A DNA stretch of 32,000 nt from Phycisphaera mikurensis NBRC 102666 (GTDB lineage Bacteria; Planctomycetota; Phycisphaerae; Phycisphaerales; Phycisphaeraceae): NCBI RefSeq assembly GCF_000284115.1, contig NC_017080.1:780001-812000 (forward strand). The letters are read 5' to 3'. This document shows positions 14,917 to 22,460 of this stretch, piece after piece. Made by a program: the position numbers and the translations under genes. The notes below the pieces were generated by a model. The model worked only from the letters and a program-made list of their open reading frames with translations. It was not told where the DNA came from and did not search any database. Within the stretch, counting starts at the first letter, position 1; each line of letters opens with the position of its first letter.

Positions 14917-15861
14917 ATGAAACGACCCTCCGCCTTCCGCTCCCTCGCTTCGTTCCGCTCGCTCTGCTGCGTGTGCACCACCGCGGCGGCCGCCGCGGCC
15001 GCCACGGCCCCCGCCCCCGCGGACGCCTCGCCCGAGCCGGGCATCAACATCTACCACGTCGGCGTCGACGCCGGCGCGACCATCGGCTTCGGCCCGTACA
15101 AGGGCCTGGTCAACCCCAACGAGAACCGGCTCACGCTGTTCCTCTCGCACACCTTCACCGACACGCCCACCAGCAACCACTACCACCGCATCGGCTCGTA
15201 CGCCTACACCGGCGGTCCCGCCGACCCGCAGCCGGGCTTCTCGGGGAACAACCGGCTGCCCGAGCCCTACCAGCAGGACGACGGGCTGTCGCTGCTGCCC
15301 GGCTCGGGGGTCTTCGCGGGCAAGATGGTTTCGGGCCTGGGTCCCGCCGCCTTCCCCGGGGACGAGATCGAGGAGGAGTACGGCGACCTCACCGTGCGTC
15401 CCATCGACCAGCTGCTGCCCTTCGATGGACGCCTCGCCGACCCCGACGACCCGCGGGGCCAGCCCTTCCACCCCGGCCACTACCTGGTCAACGCCTCCGG
15501 GGGCGTCTACAAGACGCCGATCGCCGGCACCACCGTCGGGCTCCGGCTGACGGAGCTCTCTGAAGGCTTGGGCGTGTTCGACGCGAGCGGGAACGAGCTG
15601 TTCACCGGCGTCGGCGAGGTGCTCACCCTCGGCGACAGCGCCGACTGGTCCTTCTCGCCGGTCTTCGCGGCGGAAGGCGACGCCACGCCCGGCACCGCCT
15701 TCTCGGCGACCTTCGAGCTGACGGACCTCTCCGCCACGCCCACCTACGGCGACTCCGCCGCCTTCTCGGTGGACTTCGTGGCCGTGCCCGAGCCCACCGC
15801 GGCCCTCGCCCTCGCCCTCGCCGGCGTCGGCCTGCTCGGCCGGCGGCGCCGCCACGGCTGA
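14917..15861 (+). CDS. PEP-CTERM-anchored secreted protein (A2)
   Basis: The C-terminus is VPEPTAALALALAGVGLLGRRRRHG. There is an N-terminal hydrophobic/Ala-rich signal. His-containing motifs are SNHYHRIGSY and FHPGHY. Confidence 0.85.
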   Translation: MKRPSAFRSLASFRSLCCVCTTAAAAAAATAPAPADASPEPGINIYHVGVDAGATIGFGPYKGLVNPNENRLTLFLSHTFTDTPTSNHYHRIGSYAYTGGPADPQPGFSGNNRLPEPYQQDDGLSLLPGSGVFAGKMVSGLGPAAFPGDEIEEEYGDLTVRPIDQLLPFDGRLADPDDPRGQPFHPGHYLVNASGGVYKTPIAGTTVGLRLTELSEGLGVFDASGNELFTGVGEVLTLGDSADWSFSPVFAAEGDATPGTAFSATFELTDLSATPTYGDSAAFSVDFVAVPEPTAALALALAGVGLLGRRRRHG

Positions 15862-16030
15862 GCTTTCTCGTCGCGCCGGCTCCCGCACCGGGGGCCGGCG
15901 CCTTGGACGCCGCACGCCGCGGCGTCCGCCAAGAGGGTCCGCGACGGGCGCCCGAGGGTCCGCCCGCGCGGTCGGCTCCGAGGGCCGCGGATCCCCGTGT
16001 CGCGACGCGGGCGATCGGGTGGGTTTCTTC

Positions 16031-16058
16031 TTGGCGTCTCGCGAGAGTCGCCTATCAT
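16031..16058 (+). promoter_or_regulatory. Putative promoter of the Fur-family gene (TTGGCG-16 nt-TATCAT), paralogous to the block at 12771-12799
   Basis: TATCATGGAGCGGTGCC (16053-16069) matches TATCATGGTGCGGTGCC (12794-12810). Here the left half of the palindrome is degenerate (GAGAG versus GATAA). Confidence 0.4.
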
Positions 16059-16064
16059 GGAGCG

Positions 16065-16442
16065 GTGCCTCGCTCCTCCCCCCACGCCGCCTCCGTCGAG
16101 CGACTGCTGCGCGACGCGGCGGGGCCGATGTCGGCGGCGGAGGTGGCCGAGGCGCTGGCCCACACGGGGATCGGGATCGCGACCGTCTACCGGCTGCTCG
16201 GCCGCGGCGCGGAGGAGGGCCGGTACGTCGCGGTCGAGATGCCGCACGGCCCGGCCCGGTACGAGCCGGCGGACCGTCCGCATCACCACCACTTCGCGTG
16301 CACCGCGTGCGAGGCGGTGTACGACGTGCCCGGCTGCACGGGGAACCTCAAGAAGCTGGTGCCCGAGGGCTTCACGCTCGACGCCCACGAGATCCTGCTG
16401 ACCGGCCGGTGCGCGGACTGCAGCGCGGGGTCGAAGCTTTGA
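16065..16442 (+). CDS. Fur-family metalloregulator (Fur/Zur/Nur-type, 125 aa)
   Basis: Winged helix MSAAEVAEALAHTGIGIATVYRLLGRGAEEGRYVAVE, then RPHHHHFACTACEAVYDV and LLTGRCADC (HHHHFxCxxC...CxxC). The GTG 16065 start is inferred. The track start (TTG 15903) adds an Arg/Ala/Pro-rich stretch that looks non-coding. Confidence 0.8.
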   Translation: MPRSSPHAASVERLLRDAAGPMSAAEVAEALAHTGIGIATVYRLLGRGAEEGRYVAVEMPHGPARYEPADRPHHHHFACTACEAVYDVPGCTGNLKKLVPEGFTLDAHEILLTGRCADCSAGSKL

Positions 16443-16825
16443 GCGTCACGCGACCGCTCCTGTTCCTGGTCGCCGCCGCGCTCCTGCTGAGCCTCGGCGG
16501 CCCCGCCGGCCTGCTGCACCATCGGCTGGCTCACGCGGGCGGCCACGCCGCGGCTCACGGCGGGCACGGCCACGCGCACGCTCATGCGGACGCTCCCGCT
16601 TCGCCGGCTCCCGACGAGCCCGCGGACCCGCAGGAGCCAGCCGACCCGGGCTGCACGCTCTGCCACGCCCTCGCGCACCCGCTCGCGGTGCCGCCGCAGC
16701 CGGTCGTCGCGGCCCCGCTCCCGCCGCTGGGCGCGGCGGTGCGCGCTGCCCGGCCCCGGTCGGTCTACGCGACCTCTCAACGGAGCCGTCCGCCGGACCG
16801 CGGACCGCCCGCCGCGGACGTCTAA
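16439..16825 (+). CDS. Small membrane-anchored His-rich/CxxC protein (128 aa), DUF2946-like by motif
   Basis: TTG 16439 overlaps the regulator stop (TTTGA). The sequence is SVTRPLLFLVAAALLLSLGG (TM), then HHRLAHAGGHAAAHGGHGHAHAHAD, then a Pro/Asp/Glu linker and GCTLCHALAHPLAVPP. Confidence 0.65.
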   Translation: MSVTRPLLFLVAAALLLSLGGPAGLLHHRLAHAGGHAAAHGGHGHAHAHADAPASPAPDEPADPQEPADPGCTLCHALAHPLAVPPQPVVAAPLPPLGAAVRAARPRSVYATSQRSRPPDRGPPAADV

Positions 16826-16870
16826 GCGGCGGCGCCCCTGCGCGCCGCTCCGTCTCGCTCCGTCCGCGGC
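16811..16870. repeat. Hairpin GCCGCGGACG-N40-CGTCCGCGGC spanning the small-ORF stop
   Basis: Perfect 10-bp inverted repeat at 16811-16820 and 16861-16870, homologous to 13138-13192. Confidence 0.6.
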
Positions 16871-16933
16871 CCCCGGCTCCTCGCTGAGGGGCGGTCTCGC
16901 GGAACCCGGTCTCCCTGCTCTCCAACGGAAGTC

Positions 16934-17728
16934 GTGCCCGTGCGCACCCGCACCCCCGCCGCCCCCTCGGCGACGGCCTTCACGCTCATCGAGCTGCTGG
17001 TCGTCATCTCCATCATCGCCCTGCTGATCGGGCTGCTGCTGCCGGCGTTGGGCGCGGCGCGGGAGACCAGCCGGATGGCCAAGTGCCTCAGCAACAACCG
17101 GCAGATGGCGATCTCGACGGTCAACTTCGCCTACGCCGGTGCGCAGCCCGTGCGTCCGGCCGGCGCGTCCCGCGACGCGTCGCTGCTGCCCAGCGTCGGC
17201 TTCAGCCACGGCGGCAGCACCTACTCCGAGCAGGGGTCGTGGTTCTTCCTGCTGCAGGACTTCTCCGACGGAACGCTCGCCTGGCGGTGCGACTCCGACG
17301 AGAGCCCCGCGTGGGAGACGCCCCAGGGCAGCCCGTCGCGGCTGCGCCGGGTGAGCTACGCCACCAACTTCCTGTTGAGCGGCTTGAGCAGATCGATCGC
17401 GCCCTCGGGCCGGCCCTACCGCACCTACGCGGACCTGGACAAGATCCCGGCTCCGTCGGCCACCTGCTTCATCGTGGAGCTCGCCGAGGAAAGCTCGTCC
17501 GGCTTCGCGACGGCGGACCACGTCCACCCCGAGACCTGGACCGGCAACCTGCCGGCCATGCGGAACCAGATCGAGCTCGAGCAGCACGCCGGCAAGGCGA
17601 ACTACGCCTTCCTGGACGGCCACGCCTCCACCGAGCAGCGTGAGGGCGTGTACGACCTGGATCCCGCTTCGGTGATCCCCAACCTGATCTGGCGTGCGAA
17701 CGCCTTCGACCCGGAGGTCGCCCGCTAA
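16934..17728 (+). CDS. Prepilin-type N-terminal methylation-domain protein with an intact H-X9-DG motif (copy B)
   Basis: [30 protein letters not shown], and [12 protein letters not shown] at 17585-17620. The start is GTG 16934 or GTG 16940; GGAAG lies at 16927-16931. Confidence 0.85.
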   Translation: MPVRTRTPAAPSATAFTLIELLVVISIIALLIGLLLPALGAARETSRMAKCLSNNRQMAISTVNFAYAGAQPVRPAGASRDASLLPSVGFSHGGSTYSEQGSWFFLLQDFSDGTLAWRCDSDESPAWETPQGSPSRLRRVSYATNFLLSGLSRSIAPSGRPYRTYADLDKIPAPSATCFIVELAEESSSGFATADHVHPETWTGNLPAMRNQIELEQHAGKANYAFLDGHASTEQREGVYDLDPASVIPNLIWRANAFDPEVAR

Positions 17729-17815
17729 AGGGCGGCTCCGGACCTCCCGTTCCGGGAGACCCTGGCGGGTGCGCGTTGCACCCGCGACGATCCGACGACT
17801 CTGGAGAATGATCCC

Positions 17816-18466
17816 ATGACGACCCTTTCCACCCTCAGCACCCGCGTCGCCCTCGGCGCCGCCGCCGCCGTCCTCGCCTTCCCCGCCGCGGCCGACGGCG
17901 AGGGCGACGGCGCCCCGCACGTCGCCGTCGCGCAGGAGCTCACCGGCGAGCTGGAGATCGAGTACGAGGTCGACGCCGGCCTCGACGAGTCCGTGACGCC
18001 GGTCCGGCTCACGCTCGACACCTCGGCTTACAGCACCCTCTACGCGGGCTTCCGCACCTTCCCCGTCAACGACACGCCCAGCCCCAACGACGACCTCGGC
18101 TTCGTGTCGGAGGTCGAGGGCGTCGACGAGGAGGGGGCGGCGCTCTCGGAGAGCATCGGCCTCCGTCTCCTGAGCAAGGACGCGGACTTCGCCATCTTCG
18201 ACGGCACGACCGAGATCCTCGCCTCGCCCAACGCGACCTTCAGCCTCGGCAACGCCTTCGACTTCCACCCGGTCTGGGTGCTCCGCACGCAGGACCAGGG
18301 CTTCTTGGGCACCTCCGACGCCTCGCTGGAGGTGTTCTCCGAGGCCACCGGTGACTCGATCGGCACCTTCGACGTCCGCCTGGCCGTCCCCGAGCCGACC
18401 ACCGCCGCGCTCTTCGGCATCGCCGGCACGCTGCTGCTCCGCCGCCGCCGCGACGCGCGGGCCTGA
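17816..18466 (+). CDS. PEP-CTERM-anchored secreted protein (B1), homologous to the C-terminal half of A2
   Basis: Signal MTTLSTLSTRVALGAAAAVLAFPAAA. The C-terminus is VPEPTTAALFGIAGTLLLRRRR. It shares the pattern GLRL..FD..LG..PV..E..GDS..F.V..VPEP with 14917..15861. Confidence 0.85.
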   Translation: MTTLSTLSTRVALGAAAAVLAFPAAADGEGDGAPHVAVAQELTGELEIEYEVDAGLDESVTPVRLTLDTSAYSTLYAGFRTFPVNDTPSPNDDLGFVSEVEGVDEEGAALSESIGLRLLSKDADFAIFDGTTEILASPNATFSLGNAFDFHPVWVLRTQDQGFLGTSDASLEVFSEATGDSIGTFDVRLAVPEPTTAALFGIAGTLLLRRRRDARA

Positions 18467-18498
18467 TCCTCACGCCGACGCTTCGGGAGGAGAAGAAG

Positions 18499-18550
18499 AC
18501 GCCGCGGACCGTCGCCGGTTCGCGGCGTTTTCGCGCGCGGTCCGCGGCGT
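18499..18550. terminator. Nested hairpins in the convergent gap. The outer is ACGCCGCGGACCG/CGGTCCGCGGCGT. The inner is CGCCG-GTTCG-CGGCG followed by TTTT (18513-18531).
   Basis: A perfect 13-bp inverted repeat at 18499-18511 and 18538-18550. The inner stem plus T-run looks like an intrinsic terminator for the + strand operon. Confidence 0.45.
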
Positions 18551-18669
18551 TTCGCTCGGCCGGAGGCGGCAGCGCCCGCCGCCGGGCCGCGCCTCCGGCG
18601 TGGCGAGGCACCCGGGCTTCGGACGCTGCGGGCGCCCGCGTCCTCCTCGGGATGCGGATCGGGCGCGAG

Positions 18670-19554
18670 CTAGTCCAGCGTCCGGACCTTCGTCTTGATC
18701 GTCATCTCCATCGGGAGCGTCATCGCGCCGGCCGCGGTTTCCCCGGTGATGGTCTGCGTGAGGTCCATCTCGCGGGCGAGGCCCGTCGCCCGGTCGAGGG
18801 TGGCGGTGCCGGACGTGCGGATCTGCATCCGCACGGTCGCCCCGCCGCCGGGCTGGAGGTTCATCTCGTTGTCGCCGTCCACGTCGAAGCGCGCGGACGC
18901 GTCGTCGAAGCCGGTCAGTGTCCAGCCCATGGCCACCTCCACGGGCAGGCCGCCGGGCGCGGCGATCTCCACGCTCTGCTCCCAGCGGTCGCCGACGGCA
19001 ATCGGACCCTCGGGGAGCTGCGGCTGGCCCCCCAGCATCGACTCGATCGTCCCTTGCGCCTCCTCCGCCACCGCGAGGTTGCCGGTGTCGGCGTCGACCA
19101 CGACGCCGCGGTCGGTCATCGTCGCCCGCACCGTCTCGCCGATCATGGCCGCCAACGGCCCGAAAGCCGCCGCCGCGGGTCCCTCCGCGGGCGGCCCGGG
19201 ATCGTCGCTGTCGTAGCGCATCGGCTCGGCGTTGGGAACGTCGAGTTCCATCGTCGCCCGCTGGATCGTCGTCGCGAGGACGAAGTCGCCTTCGGCGGGC
19301 TTCTCGTCGAGCGTGACCATCGAGGTCTCCAGGGTCATGTCGGTGCGCACGTCCATCGGCTTGTCCTGCCCCGGAACCGGCTGCCGCATCCGCATCTCCA
19401 TGACCATCCGCTGGCGGACGGCTTCGCCGACCGGGGGGTTCAGGCGGAGCCGGATCGTCTCCGCCGCGGCGGCGGGCGCGGGAGCGGCAACGATGAGCGA
19501 GGCCGCGAGGGCGAGCAAGGGGGCGGTGCCGCTTCCGGCGAGCTTGTTGGGCAT
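18670..19554 (-). CDS. Secreted hypothetical protein (294 aa)
   Basis: Signal peptide MPNKLAGSGTAPLLALAASLIVAAPAPAAAAE and a balanced Met/Thr/Glu/Asp-rich composition. The overlapping + ORF 18652..19602 is Arg/Gly/His junk. Confidence 0.7.
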   Translation of the reverse strand: MPNKLAGSGTAPLLALAASLIVAAPAPAAAAETIRLRLNPPVGEAVRQRMVMEMRMRQPVPGQDKPMDVRTDMTLETSMVTLDEKPAEGDFVLATTIQRATMELDVPNAEPMRYDSDDPGPPAEGPAAAAFGPLAAMIGETVRATMTDRGVVVDADTGNLAVAEEAQGTIESMLGGQPQLPEGPIAVGDRWEQSVEIAAPGGLPVEVAMGWTLTGFDDASARFDVDGDNEMNLQPGGGATVRMQIRTSGTATLDRATGLAREMDLTQTITGETAAGAMTLPMEMTIKTKVRTLD

Positions 19555-19601
19555 GGAGGATCCTTGGAGCGAGGGGGGTGGCGGGTGGAGGGTGGAGGCT
19601 A

Positions 19602-19756
19602 AGAGGCTGTTTCAGAACCTGCTGGGCTTCGCCACCCGCGGCCGCCCGCTGCCCGCGTCGGGCTCCGAACGGGGGGACTGCCCCCCGCTCTCACCCTCCT
19701 TGGCAGCAAACAGCCACGGGCGACTCGGGCGTGCAGCCGGTTCTGAAACAGCCTCT
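19602..19756. repeat. 155-bp element bounded by 18-bp perfect inverted repeats AGAGGCTGTTTCAGAACC / GGTTCTGAAACAGCCTCT
   Basis: The arms are at 19602-19619 and 19739-19756, with partial pairing continuing inward (GCTG/CAGC). An internal hairpin CGGGGGG-ACTG-CCCCCCG lies at 19670-19687. The element sits in the divergent intergenic region. Confidence 0.8.
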
Positions 19757-19845
19757 AACCGGCGCGTGCGCGGCGCAAGCCGCGGCCGCCGCCGACGTAC
19801 ACTTGGGCTCTCTCGCACGCGGCCGATCCCCGCCGGCGTTCCCGC

Positions 19846-20592
19846 ATGGCCTCCAAGCACCCGAAGCGAACCCCAACGCCCCGCTCGCCCGCTCCCGGCG
19901 GCGGCGGCGTGGTCTCCGCCGTGCTCGACCGCGGCACGGGGCCGGTCGCCGCCGGCGTGGCCAGCGCGCTGGACAGCCACGTGCTCGTGCTCAACAAGAT
20001 GTGGATGGCGATCCGCGTGGTCGACGGCCGCGGCGCGTTCCAGCTGCTGTGCCGCTCGATGGCCGAAGTCATCCGCGTCGACGACGGCAGCTACCAGGGG
20101 CACACGCTGGAGAGCTGGGCCGACGTGGCGGACACCCTCCGCTCCTTGCGGAAGGCGGATCCGGGCGTCGCGCACTACGACTGGGTGCGGACCGTCCGCG
20201 CCGACCTGCCGGTGCCCAAGGTCATCCGCCTGCTCGGCTACGACAAGCTGCCCGCCCAGGGCGTGAAGCTGAACCGCCGCAACATCTTCGCCCGCGACAA
20301 GAACCTCTGCCAGTACTGCGGCGGGAGCTTCCCGACGAGCGAGCTGTCGCTCGACCACGTCGTCCCGCGCAGCCAGGGCGGCGGCACCAGCTGGGAGAAC
20401 CTCGTGTGCTCGTGCGTCCGATGCAACAGCCGCAAGGGCGGGCGGACGCCCAAGCAGGCGCAGATGCCGCTGATCACGGTGCCGGTGCGGCCGCGGCGGA
20501 ACCCGGTGCTCTCGGTGCGCGTGGGCTCGGCGAAGTACGCGTCGTGGAAGGCTTTCCTGGACAACGCGTACTGGTCGGTGGAGCTGCGGTAG
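19846..20592 (+). CDS. HNH endonuclease family protein
   Basis: VLVLNKMWMAI..., RRNIFARDKNLCQYCGGSFPTSELSLDHVVPRSQGGGTSWENLVCSCVRCNSRKGGRTP. The N-terminal ~45 aa are low-complexity, so the true start may be later. Confidence 0.85.
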   Translation: MASKHPKRTPTPRSPAPGGGGVVSAVLDRGTGPVAAGVASALDSHVLVLNKMWMAIRVVDGRGAFQLLCRSMAEVIRVDDGSYQGHTLESWADVADTLRSLRKADPGVAHYDWVRTVRADLPVPKVIRLLGYDKLPAQGVKLNRRNIFARDKNLCQYCGGSFPTSELSLDHVVPRSQGGGTSWENLVCSCVRCNSRKGGRTPKQAQMPLITVPVRPRRNPVLSVRVGSAKYASWKAFLDNAYWSVELR

Positions 20593-20661
20593 GGGCCAAG
20601 CTCCAGCGGCAGCGGGTGGATCCCGGCCGACCCGGCGGGCAGGCGCGGACGACGATCGGGT

Positions 20662-21741
20662 TCACAGCTCGAGGCCTGATCGCTTCAACCGCTTCAGAAG
20701 GTCCGGCAGCTTGCGGACCGCCACCTCCTGGCGGATCCGGTCCTTGAAGTGCTGGGCGGGGATGCCGCCCCACTCCACGCCGGCGGGCACGTCGGCCATC
20801 ACCTGGCTGCCGCCGGCGAGCTTGGTGCCGGGGCCGATGGTGACGTGGTCGGCGAAGGCGGTGGCGCCGCCGACCATCACGCCGTCGCCGATCACGCAGG
20901 AGCCGGCGATGGCGCAGCAGCCGGAGATGACCACCAGGTCGCCGATGACCACGTTGTGCCCGACCTGCACGTGGTTGTCGATCTTGGTCTGGTTCCCGAT
21001 GCGGGTGGAGCCGAACTTGCCCTTGTCCACGCAGGTGCAGGCGCCCAGCTCGACGTCGTCGCCGATGACGACGTTGCCCAGGTGCGGGACCTTGCGGATG
21101 ATCGGCCGCCCGTCGTCGCCCGCGTCGCCGCGGAAGCCGAAGCCGTCGCCGCCGATGACCACGTTCGCGTGGGCGAGGAAGCGGGCGCCGATGCGGGTCC
21201 GTTCGCGGATCACCACGCCGGGCCAGAGCGTCCCGCCCGGGCCGATCACCGCGTCGGCGTAGACGTGGCTGCCGGCGTGGAGCACGCAGCCGTCGCCGAG
21301 CCGGACCCGCGGCCCGACGGTGCAGCCGGGGCCGATGGAGACGCCGTCTCCAACGTCCGCCGTCGGGTCGACCAGGGCTTGCGCGTGCACGCCCGCGGCG
21401 GGGGCCTCGTCCGCGGGCGTGATCGCCTCGAGCAGGCGGGCCATGCCCAGGTCGGCGTCGGCCACGCGGATCACCGGGGCGTGGTGGCCGTCGGCGCGGG
21501 GCGGGAGTTGCACGCCGCGGCTGGCCATGACCACGCCGGCTCGCGAGGCGGCGTAGCGGCCGGCCCAGGCCTGGACCGCGACGAACGAGAGGTCCGTCGG
21601 CTCCGCCTCGTGGAGCATCGCCAGGGCGGTGATGCGGGCGTCGGCGTCGCCGCTCTCCAGCTCGCCACCCACAAGCGCGGCGACCGCGCCGGCGTCGGCC
21701 GGGAGGCGGAAGTCGGGTTCGCTCCGGGGGGTTCCGCTCAC
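20662..21741 (-). CDS. lpxD: UDP-3-O-acylglucosamine N-acyltransferase
   Basis: Left-handed beta-helix hexapeptide repeats, GDGFGF, and HLGNVVIGDDVELGACTCVDKGKFGSTRIGNQTKIDNHVQVGHN. It lies downstream of skp-bamA. Confidence 0.9.
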   Translation of the reverse strand: MSGTPRSEPDFRLPADAGAVAALVGGELESGDADARITALAMLHEAEPTDLSFVAVQAWAGRYAASRAGVVMASRGVQLPPRADGHHAPVIRVADADLGMARLLEAITPADEAPAAGVHAQALVDPTADVGDGVSIGPGCTVGPRVRLGDGCVLHAGSHVYADAVIGPGGTLWPGVVIRERTRIGARFLAHANVVIGGDGFGFRGDAGDDGRPIIRKVPHLGNVVIGDDVELGACTCVDKGKFGSTRIGNQTKIDNHVQVGHNVVIGDLVVISGCCAIAGSCVIGDGVMVGGATAFADHVTIGPGTKLAGGSQVMADVPAGVEWGGIPAQHFKDRIRQEVAVRKLPDLLKRLKRSGLEL

Positions 21742-21751
21742 GGGCCGCTCG

Positions 21752-22360
21752 TCAGCCGTTCGCGTTGAGGCGGAGGAGGACGGCCTGCGTCAGGTCGACC
21801 TTGTCGCTGCTGTAGAGCACCTTGCGGTTCTGCAGGATGGCGGTGATCTGGTTGCGGTCCGCGCGGACCAGCTGCTCCATCTCGGGCAGGTCGCTGCTCT
21901 CGAGCACCAGGTCGAGGCCGCGGTCCTCGGCCACCGCCGCGACGGCCGCGGTGGCCCGCTCGTAGAGGTCGAGGAACTCGCGGGACTGGTCGGTGCCCTC
22001 GATCTGCTTGGAGATCTGCTCGTACGCCTGGAGGTTGGCGGCCATCTCCAGCACCTCGCGACGCTTCGCTTCCCAAGCGGGCGTCGCGGGTCCGAGCGCG
22101 TCGAGCTGGTTCTGCACGCCCTTCACCTCGCCCTGACGCCGCTGCATCTCCTCCGCGAAGCGTTGCTGCCGGGCCTGCCGGGCCTCCTGCATCTGCTTGA
22201 ACCGGTCCGAGCCGTCGAGCACCGCCTGCAGGTCGACCACGCCCACGCCCGCGGCAGGGGTGGCGCTGGAGCCGGCTTGAGCCACGACGGGCTGCGGCCG
22301 CAGCTGCAGGAGGCCGAGCGCCAAGACGGCCGCGGCCAGCAGGAGAGTGAGCGTCTTCAT
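21752..22360 (-). CDS. skp: OmpH/Skp-family periplasmic chaperone
   Basis: A signal peptide followed by a Gln/Glu/Arg-rich coiled region (FKQMQEARQARQQRFAEEMQRRQGE). It sits between bamA and lpxD. Confidence 0.8.
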   Translation of the reverse strand: MKTLTLLLAAAVLALGLLQLRPQPVVAQAGSSATPAAGVGVVDLQAVLDGSDRFKQMQEARQARQQRFAEEMQRRQGEVKGVQNQLDALGPATPAWEAKRREVLEMAANLQAYEQISKQIEGTDQSREFLDLYERATAAVAAVAEDRGLDLVLESSDLPEMEQLVRADRNQITAILQNRKVLYSSDKVDLTQAVLLRLNANG

Positions 22361-22460
22361 GCCGCCAAGGTAGCGGGCACGGCTTCGCGCAGCGGACCGG
22401 GCGGCACGCCGCCGAGCCCTCCGGGGGCCGGCCCCTCGGCCGCGGCGCCGGCGGCGGCGC

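Noticed and set aside
15905-15927. Hairpin GGACGCCGC-ACGCC-GCGGCGTCC after PEP-CTERM A2, as a terminator
   Set aside because: A perfect 9-bp stem is present but no T-run follows. Such hairpins are frequent in GC-rich DNA, so it was not called as a feature.
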